64,000 nt of DNA, taken from NCBI GenBank assembly GCA_040954595.2, contig CM082577.2, positions 18,884,303 to 18,948,302 on the forward strand, written 5' to 3'. Numbering within the stretch: position 1 is the stretch's first letter; each line of letters begins with the position of its first letter. Under the pieces are notes generated by a model. The model was given only the letters and a program-made list of their open reading frames with translations. It was not told where the DNA came from and did no database searches. The DNA comes from Balanoglossus misakiensis (Eukaryota; Animalia; Hemichordata). Shown in pieces: positions 60,281 to 64,000 of the stretch. The position numbers and the translations under genes are program-made.

Positions 60281-60539
60281 CTGTTGAGGGTAAAGTAGAG
60301 ACTAACCAACACAGACGTGGACAAGGGTGTTATGTCCATGAAAATCTACCTAAATATGTACATTCGCAATGGCAGAATTCATGAATGTTCCTGCAAACAT
60401 CTTCAAAGAGCTACCTTGACTACCCAGTGACATTAACCCTTTGAACCCCGCTCGGAGGTTTACCGCCGCAGGATGACCTTTTGACCCCTAATTTTTCAAT
60501 ATGCTGACGTCAAGGTATTTTCCCGCCGACATTTTTTAA

Positions 60540-61339
60540 GATGGGTCCCCGGGATCTTTTTGCCTGTTGCTATGGGCCTTTATAGGACACTACACTCAAT
60601 TTTGATCGAAACCGTTATGAACGTCCGACAAGGGGCTTGTAACTAATTAAAAATACACACGATTGTGTGCACACCCCCTGTCCGAGTATGTTTACGGCAG
60701 CTACCGCCCGGCCATAGGCCGCCACGCTAATACGGCAAATCAGCGGTCAGCGATAGCGTGCGCGTCCTGTAACCACAGTAACTGGATCGAACGCTAAAAA
60801 TCCAATGTTTCAGTTTTGTACACTAAGATTTTGTACCGTTCACGAAAATTCCTAAGGCTTTTTTCATAGGCCACGTACGCCAGTCAAATTTGACCTGCTT
60901 GTTGAGAACGCACTTCCGCACAGTGTGACGGACATTTTTTCGGTTTTCGTCGTGCTAAGAAGCGATACCGGTGGAAGAGTGCGTCCAAAAACACCCAAAA
61001 TCGATGACTTTTTCTGGTGTGGTACGGGTATGCTGAAATCGTAGGATACAACGATAATATTCGAAAACAAAATCCGTCACGATCTTCCCTGGTTCAAGCA
61101 ACTAATGAATACGTATCAAGTTTGTTTTTGAGGTCACGGAATAAAAAGCCTTAGGCTTTTGAAATTTGACCTAGCTAATTTGCATATCAATGGCGTCAGG
61201 GGGTGCGCGCTCACAATCGTGCAGATTTTCAACTAGTTACCAGCCCCTTGTTAGACTCTGAAAACGGCTTAGTCCAAATCGGGGTGTAATGTCCTGCAAA
61301 GGCCCATAGCAACGGGCAAAAAGATCCCGGGGACCCATC
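60540..61339. mobile_element. TTAA TIR element, duplicate of insertion 2, left flank deleted back to the piggyBac-like end (60437-60533)
   Basis: Same right flank as 26623. Left flank joins CCGACATT to TTTTAA. Confidence 0.88.
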
Positions 61340-62069
61340 TTAAAGCAATAGGTACATTTTAAGTATACCTAAATAGTACCTATTTAGTCCGGGAAAGTAC
61401 ACCTTAGGTATATTTCTAGTGTACTAGAATTTCGTAAGGGTGTTCCTGCACACCACCCTATTGCTGCACAATTCCTGCACAGGCTACCCTATTGCTGCAC
61501 AGTTCCTGCACACAGGCCATCTTACTACTGCACAGTTCTTGCAGACTGTCCTATTCCTGCACAGTTACCGCTTGCCTTGTTCCTGCACTAGTGCAGCAAC
61601 ACCTCATTTGCATGCGAAAAAGTCGCCTTGCAGCAGAGCTGCAGCAACTTTCTATTGCACCGGTGCTGCAACCGTGTGGTATTGCTACTGCACCAGTGCA
61701 GCAACACTGTGCAGGAGGCCTTAAATTTTCATAAGGGCTATAGGTATGCACATAATTAATGATGTTTGAATATGATACTAGAAATGTACAGTACACTGAT
61801 ACACTGATCAGCTGACCTTTTGTTTACGCATACGCCATTGCTCCGTTCTCGATCTGTCTCCGAGTCTGAATTTTTCGCACCTATAGATTTTAAAGATTTT
61901 TGAAGTCTGCAAATTCACTGGCATTGACAAAACTATAACATAATAAGTATAATGTACGCCCCATAATGTACTCGGCATTCGCCTCGCACATTATGTTGCA
62001 CAATGTGTGCTTTCGTCCATTATGGGTCTTCGGGGCGTACATTATTCTCTAACCAATTATCATTGCTCA

Positions 62070-62228
<159 letters not shown>

Positions 62229-62385
62229 CTTAAAATACCATGGAATCATAGAACAATGAACTCACTGTGTTGTAATGTCCATTTTCTCTTTTGGTGATTT
62301 TTTTATCAAAGTGTCACACACCCCAGCATGCAAGAAATTTCTCAATATATATACTGCTATCGCAGCAAAACATACCACTACTTTT

Positions 62386-62516
62386 AATATCCACCACCTG
62401 AGACACCTCTCTCTGTGCGTTTTTGGCTTCGGAAACGAAGCAAAAAATATACTCGATGTTGGGTCAAGGTACCTTTCATCCGATTTACACGTCCCCCAGG
62501 CGCATCTCTTCACTAT
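62386..62516 (-). pseudogene. THAP fragment, copy 4
   Basis: Copy of 27669-27799. Confidence 0.72.
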
Positions 62517-62716
62517 TCTGGCCGATATTTTAAAACCATTAAGTTCCTAAAACTGAAAAAAAACTTCCAGTCTGTCTATCTCTAACTGAGCGTGTACTGT
62601 AGGCTGGGCCATGTTGTTGATTATATGTGGGACAAAATGGCGGTTGTATGAACAGCATGACTTTTCTCGGCTCTGATTGGCTGAGGGTTCAGTGTGATTG
62701 ACAGCTGTGGAACCAT

Positions 62717-64000
62717 GAATTGTAAGGGAGCCTTGTGCCTTTTACCAGGCACCCGCTTGCGTGAACACACCTCACATGAATGCACCCACGATCTGACATT
62801 TACGGACATGCCATGCCAGTAATACCTCTGCCTCACCTTGTCAAGTGTTTTTGTCATCCCTAAGTGACCACCTGCGTTTGCATCATGCAACCCTCCAATC
62901 ACCACATTATGACACACTTTAGGCAGAATTAATTGCCATTTCACTAAAGTCCCATCAGCCGACTCCCATCTCCTGAACAGCACACCCCTGTAGACTATCA
63001 ATTGTTCATACATAGCCCAGTATGCCTTCGTGGCTGCCGAACACGGAGAGATCTCATTCCAGTCTAGTCGACTTTCCCTCCCCTCCCTAGCCTTCAAGAC
63101 AACTGAAATATCAGGATCACTAAGTTGACAATCTCTAAGCTTTTCACTGGACCAAACGACTTCCCTGGCAACAACCTCTGCCTTTGTTGCCAAGGCATTC
63201 TCCCCAGTGCCCTCCGCGGTTGGCCAGTACTGCTCATCACAGCTGCCAGGATCAAAATTTTCCCAATCACCTGGACAGCTGTCCTTGTTGTCATAGCCGT
63301 ATCAAACAATCTGCAACCCTCTACTTTGGCATTTTTGTCCTGAGAACTGTCATCTAGTCTATCGGTCCCTCCACACTCTGGTAGTTCACGGTACAACTGT
63401 TCGGACCGTACAACACTATTTTGTCTCATCGATGGAGATTTGCATTCAAACTCTGGTGCAAGTGGATTCAACGCACCTGTACCATTAGTGGTGGTTGGTT
63501 CGTGTGCCATACCACACTGTTTGCACTCACGCACTGGTTTCCGAGATAGCGCATCAGCATTTCCATGGCGTAAACCAGGACGATGGATACAGGTATAGTC
63601 AAAGCGACCGAGTGTCTCTAACCACCTAGCCAACTGCCCCTCTGGGTTCTTGAAATTAAGCAACCACACTAATGCAGCATGGTCAGTCCTCAGTGTGAAT
63701 TTCTGGCCCAGTAAGTAGTGTTTGAAGTATTTTGTGTACTCGATTACAGCCAACAGTTCACGACGCGATACACAGTACTTCCTTTCAGCACCCGATAGCA
63801 CTCGGCCCGCATAACTAACAGGTCTCTCTGGGCCACCCTGTACTTGGCTCAACACTGCCCCTATGCCAATACCGCTAGCATCTGTATCCAGTATGAACAC
63901 ACCCTTTTCCATCGGAAAAGCCAAAACTGGTGCCGATGTTAGTCTTGCCTTGAGCTGATCAAATGCGTTTTGACAATTCTCTGTCCAAGCAAATACAGAA
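62717..64000 (-). mobile_element. Gypsy A copy 5 (RNase H and integrase N-terminus), runs off the window
   Basis: Same truncation junction as copies 2-4. Confidence 0.93.

Overview
Eukaryotic (animal-like, probably marine invertebrate; taxon cannot be fixed from sequence) heterochromatin-type window with no intact host gene. 1-4144 is the 3' part of a decayed DIRS1-type tyrosine-recombinase retrotransposon. 4145-64000 is a macrosatellite of about 2.96 kb monomers (12 recognisable copies). Each full monomer carries the left end and truncated ORF of a piggyBac-like element (+), palindrome-rich MITE remnants, and two consecutive exons plus intron of the NMD kinase gene SMG1 (- strand, pseudogenised; missed by the ORF track because of in-frame stops). 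The monomers are grouped into a variable 8-14 kb higher-order repeat that also carries a dead Gypsy element (one insertion, passively amplified), a THAP fragment, a TTAA-targeting MITE and a 149-bp inverted duplication. Private insertions include a full-length Mag-like Gypsy, a third Gypsy 3' end, a 6-bp-TSD DNA element, a LINE-like tail and a hairpin element. All family assignments are by eye from recalled motifs; no searches were run.
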